Positions 37,972 through 51,550 of a stretch of DNA of 64,000 bases are shown in pieces; the stretch's first letter is position 1, and each line of letters opens with the position of its first letter. Made by a program: the position numbers and the translations under genes. The notes beneath the pieces were generated by a model, which ran no database searches, was not told the origin of the DNA, and saw nothing but the letters and a program-made list of their open reading frames with translations. Source of the stretch: Octopus sinensis (lineage: Eukaryota); NCBI RefSeq assembly GCF_006345805.1, contig NC_042999.1, forward strand, positions 31,372,001 through 31,436,000, read 5' to 3'.

Positions 37972-39244
37972 GTGTGTTGAAAGAGTGTGGATATCATTAC
38001 TGGTGTCGTTTTGTATCACCAAGTATATAAAGTTTTAATATTATTCTTTTATTCAAAAATAATTTTCTTAATCATCTCAGAACTGGGCCTCTGTGTGTAA
38101 CTTTACCCTCTACCTGGGCTTCCGAGCCAAAAAAATTAAGTAGCTGCAATTAAAGATCAAGTATAACGACTGCAGGCAAACTTATTGACCGAATCGGCTG
38201 CATCTTCTTTCTCTAAGTGTGTTGTTCATTACCGGTTTGCCGGGAATCCGGTAGAGCTGATGTTTAAACTATTCCTGATATAGCTGGAATACAGTGTGAC
38301 AGAGTGCTACGAGATCTACTTAATTACTTCCTCTCAGATTAGAGAATAATATATGACGCTGGTCGAAAGAGCTCCCACGATTAATTATCTTCTAAATTCA
38401 TGCGTGCTTTCCATAGGGCATTTCATATTGATGATATTTTAAAATTTCAGTAATTGTACAAGTCATTTACGTAAACATCATTGTCTAGAGGAATCTTTGG
38501 TTTTCTAAATTTTCAAAACTACACTGTGGGCAATGGAATTCTGAAAATGTTGCATCAATCCATTTAAGACAGGTATACAGTAAAGATATTTAACGATAAA
38601 TATATAACCGACATACCCTTCTAATCAGCAATTTTAATTTCATTTTGACTACGTAGGACATTCTCCCGGAAATATTTTATCAATACTTTATATATTGTGT
38701 CCGATCTTAAACAAACACGGCTAGACATAGTAATTTCTAATTCAGGCAGAATTAGAACTGTTTTAGTGGAGGAAGTTACTCAATTACAACGACAGAGCAC
38801 GTGATTCGTATTTTATATTATCATCTTCTAGTGCATGAATAAAAACTTAAATTTCTTTGAAGTTGAATGCCGAACACACACATTCACACACACACAACAC
38901 ACACACACACAAACCTATAAGCAAATATACACATATATCCATCAAATGTAAATACTGTAAATAATGTACACATATATATGCCTATACACACACATACATG
39001 TACCTATACTCACATGCGTATATATATACACTCAGAGACATAATGTATGGTTGATATAAATGAAATGTGATTGTAGTCACTGTATAAAGTAGCGTTTAAT
39101 ATGATCAATGCAATTATTAATCTGGTATGTGAACTGCTGTATACATCGATCACCGACTTGTCGATGGACAGAATATCCCCTTTGTTATAGTATTGTCCTT
39201 TAAGAGAAAAAAATATTGTTTTAAGCTTTTGGTACACATCCAGA

Positions 39245-39500
39245 AAGGTCGTTGGGTGTGAGTAAGTGGATTACATCGACTAAATGCTCAAGTGCTAATT
39301 ATCTCATCGACTCAAAAAGGTTGACAGGTAGCAAGTCGTGTGCTCATCTTGTAGTTATTTCATCGACCCCGTAAGGGATGAAAGTCAACAAGTTCGTGAA
39401 AAGTCGGTAAATCGATTTTTATCGATTTTAGTGCTCAAATGGTAGTTATTTTATCGACCCCGTTAAAGGATGAAAGGTGGAGTTGACTTCGGCAGATTAA
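39245..39500 (-). mobile_element. Family 3 SINE core segment present three times in tandem
   Basis: Three occurrences of ttat.t.atcgac.c...aagg.tga.ag at about 39298, 39355 and 39445. Confidence 0.7.
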
Positions 39501-39903
39501 GAGTAAAATATTTCTCTGAAAATCGGCAACTTTACGCAGGTGGAGAACAAGTCTTGAAAATTCTGTTCTACTGCTGCTGATTTTATTAATATTATTATTA
39601 TTGATGTTATTGAACTTGTAAACTTGCGATATTTTCACCAAGACTGATGCTACAACATTCATGACCTTCCCTCGATCTTCCTCATAATTTCACACATGTA
39701 AACACGAATATTCTAATCACTAGACTATATATAAATAAGGAATATACAAGCACATATTGTCAAAGATTCAAAGTTTACAACGTGTTGCCTAGGCGACAGC
39801 AACAAATTATAAGATAAATATATTTCAAACGGTAATTTTTACAAACATACACATATATACACAAATTTATGCAGCTATATCTACAACAGACACACAGATA
39901 TTC

Positions 39904-39988
<85 letters not shown>

Positions 39989-42014
39989 TGTGTGTGCAGT
40001 AGTGTGAGTATATATATATATATATATATATATCGGAAGTGGGTGTTTCTCTGTGTCTTTGTATAAAGAGAAATTTTGTTACGTGCTGAACTATAATGTA
40101 TATTCTCATTTAGACAGTAAATACTGATACTGTTCAAACATATATGCATATTTTCGTAAACATAACAGAATAGACATATTAATTTAGGTAATTACATGCA
40201 CACGTAACTCATATGTATTATGCGGTTCATTTAGCATCTACGTTGATAAATTGAATCATACAATCTGTAAGCTTCAATGAAATCTGTCAGCTTCTCTTGT
40301 ATCAATCGATGACTGTTTAAACCTTGACTAACTGAACATACATGATACACAACTTGATTAGATACAGCGAATAAATTAAGTATGTTATACTGAATTATAT
40401 CACAGAATTCACTTGGCATGTGTCCAGCTAGGCATTGACGAATGAGGTGTCCTGTATACTGTCGCTTGATCTATGAGGAATATGAAAGAACTTGCAAGTA
40501 TCGCAACCTCTTATAGTTATATTTTGTAGGTATCAACTTGAAATACGATCAGAAATGTGCATGCTTCCCAATAGAATGTTTTTTTTTAATTTTAGTAGTG
40601 TAGTGAAACGTTGAGTGAACAAAAACTGAAGTTGCCAAAAAATAAAACAAAACCAATAGCCAGAAGATCAATAACAAATTTAGAAATGTATGGCGAAATA
40701 CAACGTAAAATATAGCATTGTAGCAGATGCGCCATGCTACACTGTCGTAATTTACTTCAGTGCAACGTCGTTTCTACACAACATGAATCCGCACTCAAGA
40801 AAGTGTAATCTACGACATTACTTCCAAAATGAGAATTTACTCAAGTTGTTTCCAATAAGCGTTTATTTCTTCAAGCTCTCCTCACCTCGTAAAACAGTTA
40901 TTTTTGCTTTGGCACTCGCAATCGTATTTACACTTCCCCTCAATAATCATTTATTTCTGCTTATTTCTTAATTCTCCGTCCTTTGCTAATTGCTTCTTTG
41001 AAACTAGCTCTTGCCTTCTCGTTCACTCTCACATTGATTCGCCTTCCTATCAGTTAATGGTAGTTGTAACGATATAGAGAATGTCAACTCATTTTCTTTT
41101 CATTTCAATACTGACGAAGGACAGGAGATACCATATTCAAATATGCATTTCGTTCATCCACTCCTGCTGGATCAAATGCCTATACACAGCATCGCCATTT
41201 TGTTTAACTTAGAACAAATACACACACACACACACAAATAGAGCCATATGTGTTGTATGTATGGGGGTATATGAGTGTGTGCGTGCGTGTCTGCATATTA
41301 ACCATATTAACATACATATCTACATATATAGATTATGTATTTTTTTTATTAATGGCAGGTTTCTGTAAAGATTATATAAAAAAGATTTGGAATTTAACTG
41401 AGAATATACTGAAAATGGTACGTATTACTATTAGTACAATCAAATTTGGAATAGTATTATTTCATACTGGGAGTTCAACTACCGCTAAAAGATTTACCCA
41501 ATCTCACCATCTGATTGAATCAGTTTAGCTTAATCCAAAACTCGGCTTCCATGATACTGCTAGAGATCTGAGAATAGTAGTTTCAATAAAACGCATATCA
41601 CATCTCACCGTCCTAAGAAAGGTAAATGCAGTCCTGGAAACTCTGTTTGAAAAACACAGCGCATTATATCTTGAGAGTTACTTCCCGAAAGTCCACTGTG
41701 GAGGTATGGCAAATAAAGGAGCAAGGTATTAAATCAGATCAACTGGAAACATATTCAATAACTTCATACATTATTGACATAGTAATTAGGTAGTGTATGC
41801 AAGTGCAGTGTGTGGGAACAATGCATATACGCATGCTCCTGGTGTAGGAGAGTTTATTATGGAAACAAAGATGTATGAAAACGTAACTTTGGAGCGAATC
41901 ATGTCACCAATACAGTATAAAATGTATACCTTCATAAAAATATTGTCTTCATAGTAATTAAGTTTAGAACTTTTCTTAACGCACACTTCAAAGTTTATAG
42001 AGAACATATCAAAT

Positions 42015-42060
<46 letters not shown>

Positions 42061-42544
42061 AATCTTCTCAAAGAGAACATTCATAAATTATTGGAATAGT
42101 TGCAATGGCGTCTACTGCGAATCGAAACTGTATTGCGAGTAGTTTCCCTGAAGCTTTCTACTGGTCTATGGAACAGTTACGACACAGCTGGCACCCAAAT
42201 ATAAATTAGATACTTGATTCGATAATGACATTCAATAAACTCAATGATATTGTCCAGATTAGCTGCAACACATTGTTTTACATATGCGTGCACTGATGCA
42301 TTCCAAACAGACAGTTTCATCCCCAAGGGAGAGCAAATGAAGCAGAAGCAGAATTAATCAATCATTTTGTAGTATCATAAATCGATAGAGAATGTGAATG
42401 TAAAATTACTGGAGGGTTCCAACTAAAGATCGATCGATCGAGTGAAAATTGTGTGACGAACAATATTGACGTATAATATGTCAAGATGTGTAGAAATTCA
42501 GCAGCTTGTATGTGTGAACGATTGAATGGGTAACTGAACCAGTG

Positions 42545-42552
42545 ATTATATA

Positions 42553-42588
<36 letters not shown>

Positions 42589-42680
42589 TGTGTGTATGTA
42601 TGTATGTATGTATGTATGTAATGTAAGTATGTATGTATGTATGTATGAATATATGTATGCATGCGTGTGTGTATGTTTGA
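42545..42680. repeat. (TATG)n microsatellite
   Basis: Directly visible. Confidence 0.95.
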
Positions 42681-44297
42681 GAGCGTAAGCCATTTTCTGT
42701 TTAAAGGAATGACTGTATAAAATGAATGAAGGCAAGTGTTAAGCAATCAGTGTTTAAAGCAATGAGCCTGTGAAAGAGTGACTGCTTGAAAGAATCCCAT
42801 AAATAATTGTATAATTGAATTAGTGGAACAATGAATTTCGAAACGAAATACTTAGAAATATACTGTTACCCATCCGACATTACATATGATATTTTCCAGG
42901 TGATCGAAATATTTGTTCTCAGTGTTTCATTCGAGAACAAATATGTCCGCTACTTTGCAAACATCAAATAAGTTTCTCCTATCTCACGGGTATTTTTCAA
43001 AGAAGTGATATCACCGAAAATTGTAGAAGATCGGAAGAAACATTATACACACATATTTCAAATTTTAAATTCAAACGCGTTTCTAGATTGCTCATAATTA
43101 CTTTGGTGTCCATAAAGTTAATGCAAGTAATACATGGGTTATTTTCACAGATATAACTTGCTTGACTTTAAACAGACGTTTTGATCAACGTAAATTAAAA
43201 GGATGAGGGAGATATAGTCCGTCTCGAATGTTCTATAGCTATCGAGAAATGTCCGCAATTGATATCGCATTGTAAATAATGGCGTCCGTATTCATCGATG
43301 ATTATCATTTCGTAACAGCAAGTGCTATCTGACATCAGACGCAAACAGGAATCATAACATTAAAACAAGTTCAGCCTAGAAGAGGAGCAGTACAATTAAA
43401 ACTTGAACGTATTAGAAGGAACAAGGGGGGTAATATAAAATTTGGATCATTAATCAGAATGTACGTGAATATAAGTACTAGCACGTACAATCACATCCTG
43501 CCATAGAAAACAGATTGTACTGTAATTTAGTAAAATGCAGCTACTGAAACACCAAAACCGGACTAAAATACTAGGATTAGTATAAAAAGTCATCATGTAA
43601 GATCGATTTTGCATTCACAGAAACTAGACAAGTGTTGTTGGTGGTGGTGGTGTTGTTCTTCATATTGTTCTCGGCTCTCTGTGACCCTGTTTTTTTTTCT
43701 TATCAGTGCTGTTTGTTGTTGTGTAGTTGGGATGAGGTCCCTGTTCCGATGGTGGTTGTGATGGTGTTGGTGGTGGTAACGGTGGAAGTGGCAATGTTTT
43801 TGTTAGTGTTGGTGTTGCTCAATTTTCTCATTGTTTTGTGATGGTCATAAAGATGTTGAAATTTTCAGCAGGAGAAAGATACTTTCACACATTTTCCAGC
43901 TGTGGATTCGTTGTTTTCGCTGCTGCTACTGCAACTAATTTTCAAATCTTATTGTTCTCTTCTCGGGAGAGCGGGCTGTTCTTTTCAACGTACGCTCAAT
44001 CTTTGTCCGCCAACTCTCTTTTTAAAACGAAAATTGAAGTGTATGTTTGCTAAGGCATACAGCAATTATGATTCTAATGGCTACAGATGGAGAAAAAGTA
44101 CCCAGCTCCCTGGTGTCCTAGTTACACTCTCTATAAAACGCTAACATATGTTCAATGTGTAGCTTTCAGCAACAACAGAAATCAAAACAAACTTACGATA
44201 GTGACGTGCAATACATGTCCATAAACTAATAATAATAATAATAATAATAATAACAATAATAATAATAATGATAATAATAATAATAATAATAATAATA

Positions 44298-44854
44298 AAT
44301 GTCCTGATGCAGTACCAGGCAGTGGCTCTCATGGATTCTGATCTTAACTGATTGGAAGTGTGATCATGTACATTGTTTTGTCTTGGTATAAAAGATGGGC
44401 TACAGCAAATATTCTGCTCAATACCACAGATTTTCTTGTCAGTTGTTTGACCTTAACCAGTTGAGCATGTCCCTTAGTGGCTGACGATATGTGCATCTCT
44501 GATCACGAGCAGAAGTAGTGGGGGAGCATCATAGCCATGTGTTGAGAGGGATTCTTTGGCGTTTGAATAATTCACCTCTGGAAACATGGGTGGTTCTTTC
44601 AACATCCTTAAACAACCCTTATTCAGGAACCTTTTGAGCGGGATGGGCTACTCAACCTGAAGAAAATTCTAACTGGGCCCCACCTGCAAGGTCATGTGCA
44701 GTTTATCTTGATATGAGATCACCATGTCGCGCACATATGGTTGTGATGCATGTGCCTGGTGTACCCTTATCAGACGGGTAGTCATGATGGGTATATTGGG
44801 CTTCGTATATTTTACCCCAGTGTCACTTTGATGGCATGAACTGCTCTCTCACTC

Positions 44855-44855
<1 letters not shown>
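44298..44855. mobile_element. About 560-bp GC-richer interspersed element bounded by (TAA)n on both sides; orientation and class uncertain
   Basis: Sharp compositional boundaries (aaatgtcctgatgcag ... ctgctctctcactcaataat); no long ORF; recalled as a common octopus repeat. Confidence 0.65.
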
Positions 44856-44888
<33 letters not shown>

Positions 44889-45430
44889 GAGTTAGAACCA
44901 GCGGAGAACAACAAATACATAAGGATAATTGAAGGAGATGGAGTAAGGCATTAAACGATCAGGGAAAGTATCAGAAGAGAATATTATCGCAAGGTAAGAG
45001 CAATAGTCAAGATAGAACTGAATGCAAGAAACGGGATCGAAGACATACCAATTGTCACGTACGGTTTCTATATTATTAACTTGTCGATTACTGAAATATT
45101 GTAATTTTGACAGAAAAATGCGAAAACTTCTGACAATGTACCATCTTAAGGCAGATATTGAACGACTTCACCTGCCAAAAAACAACGGTGGCCGAGGATG
45201 AGGACTTTTCCAACTGGAATTAACAACGAAGATTACCACCATTGGCCTAGACAATTACCTGAAAAAACACTGATGACTCATTAGCAAAATAGTTACAGGA
45301 AAAACTAAGTGAATTCCAAATACAACAAACCCCAGAATTAGACTATGAAAACAAGCACAGAAAAAGCAAAGCGCATGAAAATCCCTGCAGAAGCTATTAC
45401 CTTAGATATTCTTACAGATAAATGGCAAGA
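44889..45430 (+). mobile_element. R4/Dong-clade LINE relic, region at the C-terminal end of RT
   Basis: ELEPAENNKYIRIIEGDG...REYYRKVRAIVKIELNARN...PIVTYGF...DRKMRKLLTMYHLKADIERLHLPKNNGGRG*GLFQLE, equivalent to the HPKAD..RLYLPR..GGRGL motif. Confidence 0.88.
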
Positions 45431-45869
45431 ATACCTGGGCATGGCAAAGCTGATAAAGTGTTGGTGCGCGTGATTTTCCATGTGGTAGAACTGTTGGCTT
45501 TTTCGCCACAATACAAAAAGAGTGTAAAAAGCTGTTTTGTTAGACACACTGTATGTGGAAGTAGCAGAAGTGGTATTTTTTAGCCAATGTCATGGAAACG
45601 ATAGAAATTCTATGTAGGAAATTGGTTGAAAAAGCAGATTAATGATGATTTTATGGAGAAATTGTTGTTAGCAGCTTGCCAATCTTTACGTTAGAATATG
45701 AGATTAAGTGCTCCATCGTGTATAATCACTGTTTACGTAAGATCTAAATCTTAGTTGCAGAGCGTATATTAAACATAGAGTCCAATCTTAAGAAAGTAAA
45801 ATATATATAATGGAACGAAGTTAAATTAACTTCATCCCACTTCATGTTTGAACAAGGGCCTTCTCTTTC

Positions 45870-46150
45870 ATTGCTAAATAGAGTTTCGTAAGCATCGAAT
45901 TAGCGCACTTATCGGGATGTATTCCACAGACAATTGCTTAATGTCTAATTAAAACTAAAGTTGGAGAGAATGTGACGAAATCGGCCTTTTGTGCTGCAAC
46001 CACAATCTCCTCAGCGGATCTCCACACATTTCTCATGTTACGCAGCTCTCAACTTCTGTCAAAGATTACATATTTATATAGGTTAAACACTTTGTTCCAG
46101 TTTCTTCCAAATACAGTTCATATTGCTCTTTTCTCTTCACACCCTCATAG
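45870..46150 (-). mobile_element. Possible mariner 5' end (TIR, 5'UTR and transposase start)
   Basis: Minus strand begins TATGAGGGTGTG (TA plus a CGAGGG-like TIR start) and later reads VEYIPISALIR; the match is from recall only. Confidence 0.4.
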
Positions 46151-46196
46151 GCAAATATATATATGTGTGTGTGTGTGTGTATGTGTGTGTGGGTAT

Positions 46197-46234
<38 letters not shown>

Positions 46235-46664
46235 GCGTGTGCGGTCATGTACGGGTCGTGCATTTTCTTTTCAAGGAAAATGAAAAACTACAGCGAAAGA
46301 CAAAGTAGATAATGAATACCGTGTGTGTGTGTTTTTTTTTAATCAAATAAAAACGACTTGCACTTTCAAAAGTCGTTTCGTTTCTATCTGTAGTGAATTG
46401 AACAAAACATGTCGACAAGGAAATAATACTAGTGTGTGTATATAAGAGAGAGATAGACATACATACACACATACTCACACACATACATATATGCATACAT
46501 ACATACACGCACACATACAAGCGTGCGTGAGAGCACGTGCATAACCATATGGTTGCAAACTACCAACATATGCCCAGAAAATTATATTCATTGAATTACT
46601 GTATCCTTTGGCATTTTTGTTTCATTGTTTCAAATAATATATCGGCTTTCCTTAGTTCTTCTTA

Positions 46665-46713
<49 letters not shown>
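46665..46713. repeat. (GTA)n microsatellite
   Basis: Directly visible. Confidence 0.97.
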
Positions 46714-46714
<1 letters not shown>

Positions 46715-46715
<1 letters not shown>

Positions 46716-46841
46716 GTTTCAAATTTTGGCGCAAGGCCAACAACTTCGAGGGAAGAGATAAGTCAATTACATCGTTCCCAGTACTCAGCTGTACTTATTT
46801 TACCAATCCCTAAAAGATTAAAGGTAAGGTCGACTTCGGTG
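46715..46841 (-). mobile_element. 5'-truncated family 3 SINE
   Basis: ggtttcaaattttggc...gtacttatttt...aaaggtaaggtcgacttcgg. Confidence 0.85.
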
Positions 46842-47830
46842 GTATAACAATAATAATAATAATAATTATTATTTTTATTATTATTATTGTTAATATTATT
46901 ATGTTTCAGGCAGAAGACCTATAAGTCTAAAGGAGTGAGCTTAGTCGTTTCTGCCGGCGAAGTAAAGTATTCAACAGCCATCACAATAGTAATATAGTTG
47001 TTCTACTTATTTAGGCGACCAACTTTCAGAAACCTTAGAGTGCCTGACAGAATATCTTGCGGTACTACTTGGAATTGTTTACGTTCTAAATTCTAATCAT
47101 TTGCCGTTCATTTCCTCCGGAGTCGTAAAAGTAATGTACTAGTCAGTACTGGAGGAAAGGTCTTCGAAGTAATCGACCAACATAAACCTCATAAAATTGA
47201 TGGTGTATATTTGAATTACAAAAGAAGAACAAAAAAAAAACAGGAACGCAAGAATTACTCCGATGCTTTTACCATTGGGAGGCACCAATATTAAAAACTG
47301 TTAAATTGCTGTAATTATATTACTCCTATTATTCTACCGACCGCCAGCAACAGCCACAGTACTACTGCTACTGTATTCTAGTAGAAGTAGTAGTAGTAGT
47401 AGTACTAGTCGCAACAGCAGCAGCAGTAGCAACAGTAGTGGTGAGGGTAATTAACGACGTCTTATTTAAATTTTCACTTCGACAGCCAAATCGGGATTAA
47501 ACGTTGAGTTAAAAAGAGAAGAAGCGGACTAGAAATACGTCTATACGTTTAATGCATCAAGATATGCATTCAACCACTTTTATATCACAGCCGAGTGTGT
47601 CTAGCAGTTATTGTTAGGTTTAATCGGATTAGTGATAATTCGATTTAAGATTATATACTTTTAAGTGCGAGGTCAAGGCAAGAGAAAGCAACGTGTTTGT
47701 ATTGTTTATTCTACAATTTGCTCATTCAGTCTGCTCCCGCCTGTTTATGCTATTACTGTAGTAGTTTGTTATGACATGCTATGATATATTTCTTCGAAGT
47801 CCGGAACTATTAGATTACGTTGAGGTAGTA

Positions 47831-48093
47831 CATGAGCTAGCATAATCGTTAAATCGTTGGACAAAATGTTTTGCGTTATTTATTTCGGCTCTGCTGGTAG
47901 AATCGTTAGCGCGCCGTGCAGAAATGCTTAGCGGCATATCGGCCGCCTTTATATCCTTAGTTCAAATTGTACTGAGTTCGACATTGCCTTCCATCCTTCG
48001 GGGTTGATAAAAATAAACAGTTGAACACTGGAACCGTTATAATCGACTTATCTTCTCCCTCAAAATTGCTTGCTATGTGCCAAATTTGAAACC
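47831..48093 (+). mobile_element. Family 3 SINE preceded by a duplicated head fragment
   Basis: ggtagaatcgttagcgcgccg...tagttcaaatt...tcggggttgataaaata...caaatttgaaacc. Confidence 0.85.
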
Positions 48094-48757
48094 TGTATGT
48101 CATCTCGGCTTTTGTGACTTTCATATCTGGCCGATATCAATAACATTTTATCTTGCTAAATGGATAAATTAACATCCAAATCACTATTGTTGATGATTCT
48201 ATCGACTTAGCCCCCCCCCCCCTGCACCATGCTTCTTTCATTATGCCTATCTAAGACGTTGTTTCTAATATGAGAAACATTTTAATTAACTATTTATTGG
48301 GTGTTATTCTTCACTTGTTTTATCTTTCATCAGAATTCCTTTCAGTGTGTGAGATTAGACATTTGGATTATGTTTTATAAGTGGAATGGTAGACCTAAGT
48401 ATGTACGGCCACAAACAACCCGTCCCTCGGTTCACCATAGAGAATATTAACTAACTTGTCCTTTCAGATAATAATACATTCAAGCAGGATTTGAGGGAGA
48501 TTTTGTTAATACGCTTATCAGAGTGACAGCCTCATAGAGATTGGGGCTGCACATCATGGGATATTTTTTGCTTTTGATAATTTTGTTCTTCAGTTTTATA
48601 TTTAGCACTGAGTTAGCTCTGATCAAGTATCACTATTATCAAGAGAATTCCGACCACAGCCACCTCGCTTTATCTCTAACTCGACGTTGCATATTTAGGA
48701 ATACATTGAGTAACGTGCTCTCCCTCGTTTTCTAATATTCTTATGATGAATAATGCA

Positions 48758-48956
48758 GTGATATAGCAGAATCTTTAGCATACCAGATAATTTGCATAAC
48801 GGCATTTTTAGGTTCAGAGTTCAAAAATGCATAGGTTGATTTTGCCTTTCATCTTTTCTGGGTCGATAAATCAAGTACCAGTTGAACACTGGGGTCGATT
48901 TAATTGACTTTCCCTCCACAGAAATTGCTGGCCTTCAGTCAAAATTGGAAATCAAT
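48758..48956 (+). mobile_element. Family 3 SINE, decayed
   Basis: agcagaatctttagc...gagttcaaa...tttgcctttcatc...gggtcgataaatcaagtaccagttgaacactggggtcga. Confidence 0.85.
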
Positions 48957-50767
48957 CTTCTTAGGATGATTTGATTGGTATGTAGCTTCTATTTCTTTTA
49001 TGAAAATTCATCAAGTAGATTCGCAGATATCTTTGTTTTATAGAATAGGCATATGGACTTAGCTGAGCAAGTTACAATAATCGAGTCTCTCTCTAAAACT
49101 AAAACTAGTTATGTTTTTGTTTAGTAAATTTAGCTGCAACATTGAAGCACATTGTTTAATGCATTATTCAGAGAGCAGTTCTTGCTGCAGTCAATATTCC
49201 TTTGTTATAAATTCTTAAGAAAATGACGATAACATATAAGTTCATGTGACTGATAGTTATTTAATCTTTCAGTTATTCGATGTAACGTCATATGTACAGC
49301 GGATGGGGAAAATTTTAAATACTAACTCAAAACTAAATATTAATTTAATTGCTTATTTAATATGCGATTTTAAATGCATGTGTGGGAGTTACAACTGTGA
49401 TAAATATTGCTCGAAAATATGATGTTGGAAACATTCAATATCAGGCAAAAATGTAGGACAGCCAAGAAGGATAGACAGTAAAATCATTTTCAAAACGTTG
49501 AGTTGATCCCATATAGTTCAGCTTTGAAATATAAATGGGGTCACATTATTAGCTGATGTAGGCCGATAATACAAGATCTAGCATTTGTAAGAAGAGCCAA
49601 CAAATCGACAATAGCCATTTCCTTTATTAAATTAGTTTTGTACTGAAAAGAAAAAAGGAAAGTAAAATCGATATTACAAATAATTACAATAGAGTTGCTT
49701 AGAAATTACAAAGCACAAAACAAGAAAAATCTAGGTGCTCGTGCTTTTGTATCATGAAGAAATCTGTCTCTTGCAATGAAAGTATTGGTTTGTTGCAGGA
49801 AATGCATCACCATCACCATCTAAACACACTTCCATCTATTCGTGTTGTTATTTATTCTTCTTTTCTGGGAAGGGTGTTTATTAATTTATGAAGTCAAATA
49901 CAAAACGAAAATCACATTGCCGGAATTTTAGTTTTTACACTCAAAAGTGATACATTGTTAAACATTTCTAAATAGTTTGATATTCTGATAATCATATTCA
50001 GATCCAATCTCATTCATTCAGTTTATCAAAATAGTAGGCGCTTGATATGTATGCTATATACATGAAGCTTCCAATATGCGTTGAATATTATGGAATTTTC
50101 AAAAGATCAAACAAAATTTTGCTGATGTATAACAATATTTTCTGTCATTTAAACCAGAACACACATTTGATTATAAATGTCCTTAATTAGATTGTCTGTG
50201 AATGAAAATAATTAAAATTAATCACCTACGTAACGATATAATTCAAATATGTATACGGATCTTCATCACATGCCCCACGCATGTTTCTGTCAGTCGTTCT
50301 CATAAAGGTGATTCATAACTGAGGAACAAGATCTTTTTACTGCACACTGAGGTATAATAAATTACGTACCACGATGTATGATTGATATTTAATGCATCAT
50401 TTCCCGGTTGTACTGAGTAGGTTTTTTTTTCCCTCGTAACATTGAGAGTAAGTTTCAAATCGAAAGTAAACACAAAGATATACGTGCTGCATGTAAAAAG
50501 AAAAGAAAGTAACATAAAGTGTTCAATATGCTCAATTAAACAGATTATGTGGAAAACTGGTTGGTTGGAGTTCGATAATAAGTGATTGCATTGTGATATG
50601 TCCAACATCGAAGCAGTAAACAATTTCAAATTGTAACTCACTCTATATATTAGAAAATAATTACAGTCAGAAGGTGTAACCGACGGTTTAAAGGACTGGC
50701 TGCCATCATTTATCTTGTCAGGATCATGCTCGGTTTTCTCAAACATAAATACAAAAAGACGTATAGG

Positions 50768-50817
<50 letters not shown>

Positions 50818-51495
50818 ATATATTTCTGAGGATATGCACAAATAGAGACAACCATTCGCATACATATGTAAAAACACATATCGTGGCATGTTTTCAAACT
50901 TAGCACAACCAGGCCAAGTCAACTGGAGAAGAACTAAGAGAAACATACAAACTTGTTTTGTAGCCAAGTGCAAAATACTGTTGCGAATATTAAGCGATAA
51001 AAGGCATGGGTATGCACGCATGCGCGCACACAAATACTCATATAATGTAAGATATATATAGAGCGAAGAGAATGAAGCAGTGTTAATGGGAAAATAATAG
51101 TAGTTCACAATTGGGTCACACGTTCAGATTCACACAAACGTGGAAACACTTTTGCTAAGGAAATTGTCTCGGAAGAGAAATTTAACTTAAAGACAATATA
51201 TGTGAAAAACATACCACTGGTGTTTGAAGGTTGCCACCTGTTCTTGGATTGCAAAAGCATGACCTTCGATTTGTGATAAATCGGAAAGAGTCTCCACATT
51301 CGTGGTATGCGGGATGGTTCCCCCTTTTTTATATTTCGTTATACTACTTCAGCAATTCTGGCTGACTCGGCAGGTCATCTGGCCAGATTTGTGAAAGATA
51401 TGCCTCTACTTTCTGCCAGAATTAATGCAAACACATCCAGATAATCTCCTTGGAATGAATGAAGGAATGAATAATATATATATATATATATATAT

Positions 51496-51550
51496 GGCGG
51501 TGCCCCAGCATGGCCACAGCTCGTGAGCTGAAACTAGATGAAATGAAAAT
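51496..51550 (+). mobile_element. Tail-only retroposon fragment related to the family 1 SINE tail
   Basis: ggcggtgccccagcatggccacagc versus gcggtgctccagcctggccgca at about 1231. Confidence 0.65.

Noticed and set aside
41790-41953. Plus-strand frame VVYASAVCGNNAYTHAPGVGEFIME resembling an FAD-oxidase C-terminus
   Set aside because: The glycine motif does not match, the acceptor is weak and there are no supporting neighbouring exons.
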